This document shows, one piece after another, positions 1-13,430 of a DNA stretch of 64,000 nucleotides; position 1 is the stretch's first letter; every line of letters begins with the position of its first letter. The stretch is from Azolla caroliniana. Taxonomy: Eukaryota; Plantae; Polypodiophyta. Location of the stretch: positions 1,860,001 through 1,924,000 of the forward strand of contig JBHGNT010000007.1 of the NCBI GenBank assembly GCA_043228905.1, in the 5' to 3' direction. The position numbers and the translations under genes are program-made. A model generated the notes under the pieces. The model did not search any database and had not been told where the DNA came from. It saw only the letters and a list, made by a program, of their open reading frames with translations.

Positions 1-18
1 ATTCACTGAATCATTTAC

Positions 19-2011
19 CTTTTTGGCGATAACTTAACTTACTAGATGCATCTGCAAGCACGACCCCATTCTGTCCTGTTTGAATAGCTTCTAAATTTAG
101 ATTAGCATTAACTGGTACTGAACCGTTTTCATTGCAATTGCATCTTTGACCTTTTATCTTCCTTTCAGTACAGTTTGATTTATCAGGAAAAGATGTAATT
201 GTCTTCAAGTTTAAAACCATGAACCCATTCTCGAGCACATCCACATCATGCAACCCATTCTTAGGTTTAATCAAGGACAATTCTTGTCTTTTTAAAGTTT
301 TCTGGAAACCGATATCTTCCACTATAGTAGAATCACACTCAAGAAACTCACTCGATACTTCAAACTTCTTATTTCCAAACTCAGGGATCTCTAAGATTTT
401 ACTTCCTTCATTATGTGCTGTTTCAAATTTATTATAATGTTCCTTATTTTGCCCATTGACACACACTTTTGAAGTCTTCTTCTTCTTCGATGTTATGTGT
501 CCTTTGATCAAAGGCCTGAGAGGCCAAACTCTCACTCCCCCAAGTTGTCCAACAAGCAAATATTGCAAAGATACGTGTAGGTCATAGATAGGGCCATTGC
601 AGTCCACTATTGCACACTTAACAAGATGCAAACACTGGTTCTCTTGTTTTCCATTCATTGTCTCTTGTTTAGTTCTATGAAGATTCTTCACAGAATTTGC
701 AGCTGAAAAATACCCTGTTTTAGCATTCCCAATGTTGTCTTCATCGTGATCTAGATGCTTTCGCCCATATTCGGCTGTAAGATTGACCAATTTCCCATTG
801 CTACCATGGTCCTGACCTTGAGCTAGAAGATTCTCAGAAACTTCTGCAACAAGATCCCCATGCTTGGCATTCCTATAATGGTTTTGACCTTGACTGCACG
901 CATCATTCCCACCAAAGTCATGATCTTGATCTCCAAATTGCACATTCTGACCAAGGTCATGATTATGACCTCCAGACTTGGCTCTCTGTTCAAGATCAAT
1001 ATCTTGAGCAACAGATTTGGAATTTCTACTGAGATCGTGTTCCCGACCACCACCAAGTTTCGCCGAAAGGATCCAAACTCTGGCAAGGGTGGGAGAGTAT
1101 AAAACCATCACATTGACTGAGGCTGAAATACCTATAAAGCTTCCATGTGGTATATCAAGGAAACGAGCCACTGAAAAGAAATTAGATTTTGAACAAGAAT
1201 TTCCTCCTTTACGATCTTCTTCTAATGAAACTGAAGTCTGTATAAATTGAAACTCGCTGCATTTCCATCCCACCACATCTGTTCCTGATCCACCTTTTGC
1301 CGGCTTTGCAACAAGAAACACTAGTTCATCAGTGTCTAAACCCGTGTTTCTTCCATTGCTCATGGATCCACATCCATCCATGGAATCACAGTGCTTCTTC
1401 TTCTTCTCCTCGTCAAATGGCTTTCTTTCATGAAAAAACTTATTATTCTGCTCAAAGAGCTTTGTATGTTCCTCAAAAGGATTTCTTCTTTCTTCCCAAA
1501 CCTTCTTCTTCTCATCAAAGGGCTTTCTTTCCTCACAGAGCTTCTTCTTCTCCTCTTCCAAATGCCTTCTTTGCTCAGAGGGCTTCTTCTCCTCTTCAAA
1601 TTTCCTTATTTTTGAATCATTTAACAATTTCCTTTCCTCATAAACCTTCTTCTCTTCCTCAAAATTCCTCGTTTTCACAGCATTTGGGACATTTCTAGAC
1701 TCAGATCTGGCGGATGATTTTCCCGAGGAAGAAGACGAAGATATGGTGTTGCTCTTAGAATTATTTCGCTCTCGGAGGTGAAGAAAGCAGAAATCAGAGC
1801 AAAGAGGAGGGATGATGAAAGGAGAAGGAGAAAGAGAAGACTTACCAGAGACAGGGGAAGAGAAGAGAAGACATGAAGAATCAGCCAAAAGGAAGGCAAA
1901 ACTCTGAGATGGAACATCAAGAAGAACCTTGACCACTTGAGAAGAAGAGGAGGAGGAGGAGGAGGAGGAGGAGAGAGGAACCTCTCCTATGCTTAGATTT
2001 CGAGCCTGCAT
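19..2011 (-). CDS. First coding exon of a conserved plant protein of unknown function (possibly beta-propeller-like); gene continues beyond the window start
   Basis: 666-aa ORF. Motifs VKVLLDVPSQSFAFLLADSS, FLVAKPAKGGS, HGSFIGISASVNVMVLYS and LVKCAIVDC..PIYDLHVSLQYLLVGQLGGVRVWPLRPLIKG resemble a conserved uncharacterised plant family (from memory). AG|GTAAAT donor at 19/18 suggests the ORF stop lies in an intron. Confidence 0.75.
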
Positions 2012-2364
2012 ACAGGCAATCTTCTCTTTCTCTTACCTCCGTTGCTTCTTTGTCTCTTTCTGTCTCTAAGCTTTGCTCGCCATAGCCACAGAATTCCCTG
2101 TATTTCCTCTCTGTTCAGTTTCCATCTAAGATTTGTTCGCCGAGGCCCAATAACGACAGACTGTATCTTCCTACTCCTTCTATCTTCCTATGATAAGCTT
2201 AGATCGCCATAGCCAGGGGCGTGTTCTGCTTCCGCTGGTTCCGCTCTCTTCCTGCTCCTCTAAAAGCGTGGATGGAGGAAGGCAAGCAAGCAGGTCGCTT
2301 CTTCCGCTGGATCATTCCCTGTCGACTGCGTGGCTGAGCTTTTGCTTCGCCATAGCCATAGCCA

Positions 2365-2420
2365 TATGTATGTATGTATGTATATGTAAGTATGTATGTA
2401 TCAGTATGTATGTATGTATG

Positions 2421-2454
<34 letters not shown>

Positions 2455-2482
2455 TGTATGTATGTATGTATGTATGTATGTA
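2365..2482. repeat. (TATG)n microsatellite, with (CCTT)n and (CA)n just downstream
   Basis: Directly visible. Confidence 0.95.
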
Positions 2483-2787
2483 CATATAAAGAAGACTTTC
2501 TTCCTTCCTTCCTTCCTTCCTTCCTTCTTGTGTGTTTCACAGGATGAGACCAAAATCCCAGAGGAACCAAAAGAACACACACACACACACACACACCACT
2601 CTCTCTTTCTCTAAAATAACCTCGGCCCTCTTTGTCCGCCCGCCCGTTGTATCTCGCCCTCGTATCCGTATCCACCATCCCTTTTTTGTCCCTGTTCTTT
2701 TGCCTGCGTATCGGGTGCCCGTAGATCTGTTCCAGTGTATTCCTGGCATTCCGCTATTTGTCTCTGTATCTAGGCCTGGGCCTCGAT

Positions 2788-3270
2788 TAACAATCGGCAA
2801 CAGTTCGGTCTAAACCGAACCGAACCGTGAAACCACAGCTTAACGGTTTAAACGGTTCGGTTCGGTTTCAATAGTTACAAACCGTGGTTTAACGGTTTAT
2901 TTATTTATTTTAAATTAAAAAAAATGTTTTTAAACAATCTTTTCATTTTCATGCCTTATTCTCACATTTTAGGAAAATCTTTAAAATTTTGAAAATTAAA
3001 ATAATGAACTTTTCTTTTCTTTTTTTAATTTTCTTTTTTTAATTAATTAATTAATTTATTTATTTATTTATTTTTATTTTTGACCTAAGTTGAAAACCGA
3101 AACCGAACCACGAAACCGCGGTTTTACCAGTTTAATGGTTTAACGGTTTGAAAAAAAGTAAAATGTGTTTGGTTTAACGTTTTAGTGGTTCGGTTCCATT
3201 CAAATTTCTAAAAATTTAAACGGTTCAGTTTTGACCCTCTCGAACTGAACCGAACCATTGCCGATTGTTA
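2788..3270. mobile_element. Non-autonomous hAT-type MITE
   Basis: TIR TAACAATCGGCAA...TTGCCGATTGTTA. 8-bp TSD gcctcgat (2780-2787) / gccttgat (3271-3278). Many subterminal AACCG/CGGTT motifs and an AT-rich core. Confidence 0.85.
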
Positions 3271-3354
3271 GCCTTGATATCCATATTCGCTCTGAAGCCC
3301 ATCACCCATGGATCTCCTTCCCTTTCCATTGATGGGGATGATGATGATGATGTT

Positions 3355-4115
3355 AAATGGGCATGATGATGTGAGTGTCATACTCCAATTTCCACCAAGT
3401 AGAGTGAGCCCATATGTGTGTGCATAAATTTCACATTGAATGTTTTTACTACATAGTAGTAGTAACTCCCCTTCTTAGGAAGGAGTCACATATGTTTGGT
3501 CCCATGTGTCAACATTGGCCTCATCATGGACGATCAATTTGTTTGGTCCCAGATGTCAACATTGGCCTCATCATGGACAATAATTTTGTTTGGTCCCATA
3601 TGTCAACCTTGGTTTCATCATGGACGATAATTTTGTTTGGTCCCACATGTCAACATTGGCCTCATCATGGACGATAAAATTTATATTCTATTATGTTTTG
3701 TTGTTGAATCCACTCACATCTCACTAGCTCATTGAGTTCTGGCTTCTAGAAAGCCTTAATACTTCTTTGAACTTGCTCACGCAAGTTAGTATTGAGGTAG
3801 CATCATGGCACCATCACTCAAATTTGAAGTTATACAAGGCATGCAATGAAAGTATAGTGGAGGATGAATATCTCTTGCTTATCTCATGCTCAACATATAA
3901 GGTAATTAATGAGAAATATGACGACTTGTTAGACGGGCATGATAATGTGAGTGTCATACTCAAATGTCCACCAAGAAGGGTGAGCACATATGTGTGTGCA
4001 TTGTTTTCACAGAGTCTTTACTATAGAGTAGTGACTCCCTTCTTAGGAAGGAGTCATATACAATATGATATTATGATTTGTCCCATGTGTCAATTTTGGC
4101 CTCATCATGTAGATA
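3355..4115 (+). mobile_element. Two decayed copies of a LINE-like 3' end
   Basis: 3767-4171 ORF has KACNESIVEDEYLLLISCSTY, resembling the C-terminal Cys/His region of LINE ORF2. The block gggcatgat...ttcttaggaaggagtca occurs at ~3358-3490 and ~3935-4056. Confidence 0.5.
3495..3676. repeat. 47-bp minisatellite, ~4 copies
   Basis: Unit tttggtcccaNNtgtcaacattggcctcatcatggacgataattttg starts at 3495, 3542, 3589 and 3636. Confidence 0.9.
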
Positions 4116-4312
4116 AAACATCTATGTTATTCTATTTTATTCTTCTAGTGAAACACACATCATTATATTAACAATAGTGTCTGAAAAACAATACAATGTA
4201 CCACAATTGAGTCATGGTACAATTAAATGGGTAGTGGGACATGTTAAGTTGTCAATAGGCAAGACGAAGACGTCACCAAGGAAAGAATTTTGACTTGTTC
4301 CAATAAATAAAA

Positions 4313-4588
4313 GGGAAAAGTACCAGGATACCCCTGGAAGTTCGTCTATTTACCATAATGCCCCTGGAAGTTCCAAATTTACCAAACTACCCCTATGTCC
4401 AAAAAAGTACACTTTATAAATACACTCAAATCTACAAGCCCTATTTACCAAAGATGGAAGAAATGAACCCGAACTAGCCCTATTTACCAAAGATTTGAGT
4501 GTATAATTACTTTATAAAGTGTACTTTTTTGGACATAGGGGTAGTTTGGTAAATTTGGAACTTCCAAGAGTATCCTGGTACTTTTCCC
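4313..4588. mobile_element. Mutator-like MITE
   Basis: Long TIRs GGGAAAAGTACCAGGATAC...GTATCCTGGTACTTTTCCC that extend inward (aaactacccctatgtccaaaaaagtacactttataa and its inverse). Perfect 9-bp TSD taaataaaa at 4304-4312 and 4589-4597. Confidence 0.9.
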
Positions 4589-5557
4589 TAAATAAAACCA
4601 CCATATCAATACTCTCTTCAGCGTTCATAGATATGCTCTAACTCCATGTCTACTATCAAATATAAAAGCATTGTGCATATCCAATTATAATGCAATCCCC
4701 AATTGTTAGAAAAAAGAAAATGTTCTCCATTTCTAATGATGGGTCGAGGTCGAGCCTTGTGCAAACACTCACTATCTTGGTGTCAAATAACTATGCGACA
4801 AAACTTATCAATTTTGAGAAATGTAATCCCAACGATGAGCAATCAAACATTGTATGAAATAATGAGTACTTACTCTCATTCACTTGAATAGGATGATAGT
4901 CATCAAAGTGACTCGATGGAGCAATGGGACTTGTGAAAAATCGAGTCTGGTCCCGTAAATGTCAATCGACATGTGGTTCATATTTGGTTATAGTCTATGG
5001 TGATTGTCAAATAAACCCATCATTGGGGGGGATACGTAATGATTGGCGCACTTCAACAAACAGAAATATGTTTAAGATCAAGCAACTACGTCTCCCACCT
5101 CTTTGAAACCTCAATGAAACAAGCAATTAAACTCAGACCACAATCTCTCCTTTCCATGCAACCATAACACTCAAGAAGACAAAGTAACTTTATTTGTGAG
5201 GAATGACAATGCTCTCTACTAGATGATGGTGCTCGTAAAAATAAGGAGAGTGCTTTGTGTCATGATAAAACCAAGTGTTGAGGTCATGAAGAACAAAGAG
5301 TTTTAAGTGGAATGCTTCCATTAAGTAATTGCTAAGTTGATGCCTTAACTATTATCATGAAGTTATGTCGTGCGTGTGAAACATGAGTGGGACCATTGAG
5401 AATTTAAACTAGAGAGGATGGTTGCCTTGAGGTGTCAATGTCAGAGTGCTCAAAGATGTGGATTTCCACACTCGGTTTTCTGTTGAAGAGTTGAATTTCA
5501 CTTTTTCAAAATTATTGTGCGTGTAGAACTTTCATGTACATGGGCGCGCGTATATGT

Positions 5558-5589
<32 letters not shown>

Positions 5590-7262
5590 ATTATGTTATA
5601 TATATGTATATGTTTGTAACCAAGCAGATAAGTGTGTGTATGTATTAGTAGGATCAAATGTGTAAGTAATATAATGTGTAAGTGTGGATGAATGTTTAGA
5701 GTTTTTTAATAATGTTTTCAATATACACATATGTGTGTTTGTATTTGAACGTTGGAAGGTGCGAAGGGTATTTAGGAAAATTAGTCTTGCCCTCTTCCCT
5801 TGGTTCATGGGGTAGATAGTTTCATTTTATTTGTTTAAGTTTAAATGGGAAAAGAACAAATTAAGAGGAAAGGTAGAAGGAAGGAAAAGGTGGAGAGAGA
5901 GAGGGAGAGAGAATGTTCGAGGAGGAGGTGAAAAGTTTGAGGAGGAGGAGAAGATTCGAGGTGGAGAAGGTCCCAACTTCTCACCCAATGGTTAGAATTA
6001 CAATCCAAAAAATCTAGAACAAACCTCGTGCAAATTCTTCCCGTCAATGGTATGAATTTATCAATTTGGTGATTAAGGGGGCTTGTCTTTTTGCCAAAAA
6101 TTTCTCTAAGTCGTGTAAATTTGTAGGAAATTTAAACCGAAAAGTCCAACAAGTTTCTCGTTTGACCTGATTAGTTTTACACAAAAGACTTATAAGAAAT
6201 TATTGAATACAGATATTAAAACTACAAATTACACTAATGTTCAATGAAAATAAAGATATAAGATTTGAGGGTAGAGTTTCGAAGGGACGTCGTTGAGTTT
6301 CGGTTCAACATAATAGCGAGACGACATCACTACCTCTTGTCGTATGTGGTCTTGAATGCCCTCTTCATTCGCTACTCCAAGCACGTTAGAGAATTTGGCA
6401 ACGCTTTCGCCTTGATCCCAACTTGCAATGAGCACTACTCTCCCTTTTATAAGCTTTAGGAGAACCTCAACCAAATATAAAAAAATCATCTTCTTCATTG
6501 TTCACCTCATTTTTCCACCTTGCATGCAGTCCTTTTTCTTGAGCCCTTGGTGCGAGCAAAATGCCGATCACCATGTCCATGCATTTTCCACTCATTCATC
6601 CATAGTACGTAAAATTTGTGTTCATCTAGCATAACATTCGTTTCCCTATGTTGGAAAACAATTGCGAATGTTATTCAAACATTCTTGTGTTTTTTTTGTT
6701 TTTTTCCATTTTTTAGGCTTATTTACCTCATAATAAATAGTTAATCCAAAAGTATGGTATTTATCATTCTTTGAGGGTGTTTTTCTTACGCGAATGATTG
6801 CAACATTCACAAATGCGAATACACGTATGGTTCATACTATGCATTCATCTCATTGATATTTGCTTGATATTTCGTAGTTCTGACAAGACTCAAACCCCTG
6901 CCTTTTTGCTCCTAATATAAGCTCTTCTCCATTGAGTTGCATCTACATTTACATGGGCTAAATGGCATCATTGACAAACAAATATCAAGGGGGCAATATG
7001 TAATGTAACTCCACTATAAAGCATTACTCGAGACATGTGATCTTGCCCTAATGAAAAATATAAGGCAAGTCATAAGTGGTCCAAATCCCATTGTTTGTAA
7101 TTAACTTGGAAAGCAAGGACTAATTGACATGATCATAAGCTTTCTTCGAATCTAACTACAACGTTATCAATCCTTGATGATTATGTCGAGCATAATCCAT
7201 GACCATTTGAACATTAAACACATTATGCAATATATACACATTATGCAATATATACACATTTG

Positions 7263-7502
7263 AACCTTCCAATTTGGAGGCATACAACCGCTGTCTCGAT
7301 GATATTGAAACATCAATGTTAGGGGCCTTTAAATGCTAGAATATCACTTAAATAATTCACCATTAATGAAATGGCATAAGTGACACCATCTTTGAGACGA
7401 ATTTGATGAGACCAACCTTCCAATTTGGAGGCATACAACCGTTGTCTCGATAATATTGAAACATCAACGTTAGGGGCCTTTAAATGCTAGAATATCACTT
7501 AA
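7263..7502. repeat. ~90-bp direct repeat, 2 copies
   Basis: aaccttccaatttggaggcatacaaccg...gctagaatatcacttaaa at 7263 and 7413. Confidence 0.85.
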
Positions 7503-9423
7503 AAACTTCATTTGTCAAGTTTTGAAGATATGGAAATTGGAAGTATTACGTTTGAGTCATGATGCGTCAATAGATTCCGTCGTGAGTGAATCACAACTTG
7601 GAAAAGATGTTGGGTTAATGTTTCGCACATTATATTATATGTATTGGCAATTGCACTAGACTACAAAATCATCTTCTTCTCATAGTGAGAAACTAACAAT
7701 CAACAATACATACTAGAGCCCATCCCTTTTGTTTGCAATCGCTCACATTCTCTTTGATGTGAAACTTCCATGAACAAGTGCGGGAGTCAAGGTACCACAT
7801 TTTGATACAATGCATTGTATTAACCATCAATAGTAACATTTATTAGTAAGATTTTTGAACCACTACTCAATTCCCACCTACTAAATAAAAATATGATTCG
7901 GTTTTGGTTCCAATATCTCTTAATTCACTAGATGCCATTGTGGAATGTAAGGGTTGAACTCATGACCTCCTAGTCTCTATTGGTGAGCTACATCTATATA
8001 TCATTCTCTCTAAGTAAAAGCATACAATCATATTAATTATATGTAAAACCCAGTCTTACAAGTTTTTAGTCTCCTCTACATTTGTAGACAAAGGAACATC
8101 TTATAAAGACATTAGAACACCTGAATATGCACTTGAGGAAATAATCCCCGCATGCTCTAACGTCTAAAAATTCCACATGAGAATGCCTTTCAACTTCATC
8201 ACATAAGCTTTCACCCCATGTCTACCATCGAACATGAAAGCATTGTGAATATTCCAATTGTGCTACAATCCTCAATATTGTAAAAATCAGAACAAGACGT
8301 CAAATTCATCATTTGAACAATTTTGAACATTTTAAGCGAAAACCCATCATTGAGGCCTCAAATAACAATGGGATAAAACTTGCCAAATATCTTATAAGTA
8401 CTTCCAAATTATATGCAATATAGGGTATCTAATGAACCTATGTATATTGTCCTCTCATGGAATGGCGCAAAAGAAGCATGTACATATGTCCCCAGTCCTT
8501 GTCTCCTTAAGGCTAAATCTAATGGGAGCAATATAATTTTCAAACTCACTATATTAAGCATGTATTTTATATGCACCCCTTTTATGACTTTAACAATTCA
8601 AAACTTTAAACCAATACACACCAAAGTAATCCAACACAAACACACTTGGAGAAAACTTCACATATTAACTCAAGCAACCAACTAGCATCCAAACAAAAGC
8701 ATTGCCAGGCTCATCTAATCAAAAGGCTATAGCCAGACACTCAAAGCATCATCATGTTCAAGGAACACTAACGTATAAAAGCTTGGTCATATGACCATTC
8801 CTGATCCACCCAAATTCATTCATTTGTGGATAATGAAGGCTATAGCTAGACCAGACCCTCCTGAAACACATTCAATAGAACTCAGAAGACTACTGTACAA
8901 AATCGCCTAATAGCCTATCTAGCAAATAATGAAGAACATATATCAACAGACCAAAATCGCATGCAAAACCATTGTACATCTATGGAACAATAATAAACAC
9001 ATTCAACAGAATGCAAATTGAAACTTGAGTAGCATACAAACAGGTTAAAAATATAAGATGGGTAAGATGCCCCATTCAAATAATTCAATACCTACACAAA
9101 AAATACCATAATAAATCATTTACAATACTAAAACACATTCCATAGATCTCTATGGAAACTAAAATACAACGAGTTTCAAAACATAAGTATGCTCCATTCA
9201 GCAAGAGTAATGAAGGAGTCTTTGCTTCATTGTAAGATTGAAACCTCACAACAAACATTTGGAACAATAAAAACCACATTCAATATAATTCACACGAAAA
9301 TAGTGTACAAAAAACATAAGTTGGGTATAATCAAGCCTCTATGTCTTGTATATACAACACTTCTCTTGTTTTAAATCTTAAAAATAACCATGTAAAATTA
9401 TTTTGTAGGCAAACAACCATTAT

Positions 9424-11764
9424 CTATGAGTTCTGGGTTGCAGCAGCGCCTTGAAGCCAACCACTCCTAATTTGATCGGCTATATCACCAACGGCACCTG
9501 GTCCATGAGGAATAAAAATAGCATTCGATTTTGAGTGAGACCCGATATCTTTCATAGTATCGAAATATTGTGTGAGCATAACCATATCCATGACATCCTT
9601 TGGAGTGGTGCCGGGAACCTCGTGAGAGAAGCCGAGAACACTTTCCCTTAAACCATTCACGATTGCTTGCCTTTGGCGAGCTATACCTTGTCCTGAAAGG
9701 AACTTAGACTCAGCCTCAGCCTCAGCTCTCTTGACTTGAAGAATCTTCTCTGCCTCTGCTTTCTCTTGTGCAGCCACCCTCATTCTCGAAGCTGAAAAGT
9801 AAGGTATGGATGTGTTAGGTGGTGTGTCGTAATTTATTCAAATTGAAACTTGCTGTATTTAATTTTGACACCCAGTTTGGGGCTCCAAGGGAACATTTTT
9901 GAGTGTTCTAAATGAAGGCCATATCTACGTAGAGGCTGCAACAAGTACTCTAGAAACTTGAATGAATCTCACATCTTTTCAATGGTTTCAAAACATCTCA
10001 ATAAATTAGAAACCAATTTTAGGCCTTCAGATTGTTGGAAGGCATGGTGAAAGCTGTGAGGATCTTGTAATGTGGTAAAAAGATGTAATATCTTTGATAG
10101 GACTTGAATAATAATAAACCAGACTTTATGATACACACGAGAAATTCTACTGAAAACATAAAATCATAATTACCAGCGTTGATTTCATTCATTGCTCTTT
10201 TCACAGTTGCATCTGGTATGATATCCACAATCAGGGTTTGGACAATTTCATAACCATATGTTGTCATTGCCTGAAATTTGAAAGAAGTACGATATCAAGA
10301 GGAGTTCCAATTATCTTTGCCATTCTAAAAGAGACTGTAAATCTATTGATGAAGTAATAATTAGCAATAAAACACATCTATTATACACTGCACCTTTTCA
10401 AGTTCATCCTCTACAGATTTTGCAATGTCATTTTTTTGCTCAAAAACATCATCTAGGTTCATCCTTGGCACACTAGCTCTAACAACTGCAAGATTATAAA
10501 AGCCAACAACTGATTATGAAAATCCATCTTCAAGATTGAGATAAACTTATATATAGCAATCCATGCTACAGTTCGTTTTTGCAAGGTTAGCTAACCATCA
10601 AAGACATAAGCCTGGATCTGTTCTTGAGGTCTTGAAAGCTTATAGAACGCTTCCTTAGCATGTTGATTCACAACCCGATATTGGATCGATGCCACCACAT
10701 TAACAAAGACGTTATCCTGATAATAACCAGAATAAATGGCCTCAAAAAACTGATTCTCAATCTTGTGGAAAGAGTGACATTCATAAGTTTCAGAAAAAGA
10801 TGCCATCATTCACAAAAATGCCATTTGAACATATCTATAAAGACGAGAAAATCAGACAAAATATCTATATTTTCTGATGAATTCCTATACTTTCAACATG
10901 AAAAGGAAACTCAATTGATTAGTAAACAGAAATCCCATCATTCACTAAAAGACTGGTCAAATTCTAAAACGGATGTTGTCCTGATAATAACCAGAAGAAA
11001 TTGGCCTCAAAAAACTGATCCACAATCTTGAGAAAAGAGTTGACATTTGTAAGATTGAGAAAAAGATGCCATCATTAGGCGAAAAAATCTGATACAATAT
11101 CTATATTTTTGAATGAATTCCTATACTTTCAACATGAAGAGGAAACTCGACTGATTGGTAAAGAGAAATCCCTTCATTCACTAAGGGTTGGTGAAATTCT
11201 AATAAATGCTTTCGGAGGGGAACTATATCTGATTGAAAGATAAAAATATTCTGTCAAAATTCTGATTAAACTAGAGGCATATTCTCATAATTACATATTG
11301 CTCCATGCACAACAATCGTAATCTAACCACAAAAGTAAATTACCTACTCAATTTCTATAAGTGCATTGTCTATTTTCATAAATTTACCAAACACTATTTA
11401 CGAGATCAAGAAAAATATTATTGGAAAGCTTGAGCACGAATGACACGAATGGCACAAAAACAACAGAAAAAACATCAAAAGAAAACGGTTTTAATTGCAC
11501 ACTTTCAGACATTGGAACAATTGGATTTAACTACATACTTTCAGACATTGGAATGAATTCTTTTTAACTACATACTTTTGTTTTTGTCTCACAGTGCACA
11601 TCCATTTGCTGCACTCTCATGGTCAAATATCCAGAGATGTTGCTTCCAAAGCACCAATTCACACAGTGGCAACCTGGTTCAAGAATACCATCGAATTTAC
11701 CCCACTGTTCTCTAACAGCAACTGTTGATTGATTCACTTGCACACAACAGAATGTCTGCCCCAT
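9424..11764 (-). CDS. HIR: Hypersensitive-induced response protein (SPFH/Band-7 family), 288 aa; exons 11764-11576, 10716-10596, 10485-10394, 10270-10174, 9791-9424
   Basis: Canonical HIR sequence [78 protein letters not shown]. All introns are GT-AG and the exons sum to 867 nt in frame. Confidence 0.96.
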
Positions 11765-12434
11765 TCTCTAAAAGATCTGTGCACAAAAGTACAATGATAT
11801 TTATACAGGAAATATAACTGTTCTCACATTCATAGAAAACAATTGCTTCAATTACGATATTGAAATAGGAAAATTTAGGAGTACTTAACACGATGACGTT
11901 CATAAAGGCAAAAGATGTGCAAGGCAATTTTAGAAGAACACTGTTTGTGTGCATCATCTGAAACTAAGGATTACATTATAAAGTTTCCTTTCTTTTCTTT
12001 TTTATATCTATAGGAATGTTGTGACACGGCCTAGAAACGTATGAATGAAAGACAGGAAACAATTTCTGAGTATCAAAAGCTCAAAGGAGATCAAAATCTC
12101 AAAAAGAAAACCTAAAATTCAGTAAATTGAGATAGATGTAATACAGATCTTGCTTTGCCAAAAGGAGATTCATCAAATCTCACTTCAGCAGAAATGGATA
12201 GGATGAAATTAGAGAGACAAATAAATGTAAAAGACAATTACGAAATTTACATTTGGTATTCGAACAGGACTAGATCCAAACAGAACTGGGCTCCTCAGGA
12301 ATGTTATATATGAGATGGTCTAAAAGATGGGTTTTAGAAAACTGAGAGAGTAGTACCTAACCAGAGGATAGAGAATAAAGCAGGAGAAAAACTTATAAAT
12401 GTACAGGAACATATACCCCACACTCTCTCATTTT

Positions 12435-12440
<6 letters not shown>

Positions 12441-12523
<83 letters not shown>
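12441..12523. repeat. (CT)n microsatellite
   Basis: Directly visible. Confidence 0.95.
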
Positions 12524-12528
<5 letters not shown>

Positions 12529-13262
12529 CATCCATCTGAGCTGGAAAGGGCAATGGAAACCTTTAATTTTCAAAGTCAAACTAAACATAAATTACAATGT
12601 AAAATACAAAAGCAAAGAAAACCTGTGTAATCTGCATGCGAGCATGTGCGTGTGTGTGTCTGAATCCATACATATTATATCTCCTTGAAAAGGTCAAGGA
12701 AGGGAGACCCACTTCCCTCCTACTAATAGTTATGCTTTCTGGGAATTATCCATTAATCATTGAGGAGATAATGATATTCATGGGCATTCATCATGAAAAG
12801 TCTTCAAGAGAACACAGGGCCTCCTCATAGAAAAAAGGCTTAGAAATTATTGGCTCTACAAAAACGCAAGTTATGGCTCTACAATTACATGGCCATTTCT
12901 TTGATCTCACTTAGTTTACACAGATGTTTCTTTGTGGTATAATTTAAAGCAAAGGTTTCTCTTTCGTGTGGTTTTACATAAAGGTTTCATTAATCAGATG
13001 ACCAGATGACGAAGATTCCTTCAATTCATTAAACAAAGAAGCTTCACACACACACAGAATAGATTTTCATTACTCATAATAATATTGGATCCATGGCTCA
13101 AAGAAAAAATCATTTTTAGAGCAACAATTTCATTTAAACGAATTTTGGCACAGAGAGATCTCAAAATTAGGCAAAGATAAGTACATATATTGGCTGGTAA
13201 TATATCGAAAGAAGATAGAGAGAAGCTTCCATGGAAGCTTTAATTCTCTGTGATTGAACAGT

Positions 13263-13265
<3 letters not shown>

Positions 13266-13320
<55 letters not shown>
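13266..13320. repeat. (AC)n microsatellite
   Basis: Directly visible. Confidence 0.95.
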
Positions 13321-13323
<3 letters not shown>

Positions 13324-13348
13324 GAGACTCCAGAGGAGAGAGATTTAC

Positions 13349-13430
13349 CAGTTGAAGAAGAAATACGTCAGTGTAGGAGATGCGAAGAAAATCTTCAGAT
13401 TTTCAAGATGAACCCTCAATATATATACAG
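13349..13430 (-). promoter_or_regulatory. Putative HIR TATA box and non-coding first exon
   Basis: TATATATA at ~13419-13427, CT-rich leader and donor-like ctg|gtaaat at ~13349 on the minus strand. Acceptor cacag lies just upstream of the ATG at 11764. Confidence 0.4.

Noticed and set aside
2190-2678. ORFs with YVCM/HTYI or ER/SL runs (also 12334-12588, 35373-35827)
   Set aside because: They are translations of microsatellites.
3495-3676. CRISPR-like regular repeats (also 37367-38073, 44506-44652, 61232-61630)
   Set aside because: Units are contiguous with no unique spacers, no cas genes are present, and the context is eukaryotic. They are minisatellites.
5850-7000. Possible decayed DNA-transposon coding remnant
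   Set aside because: No TIR, TSD or diagnostic catalytic motif could be established by eye.
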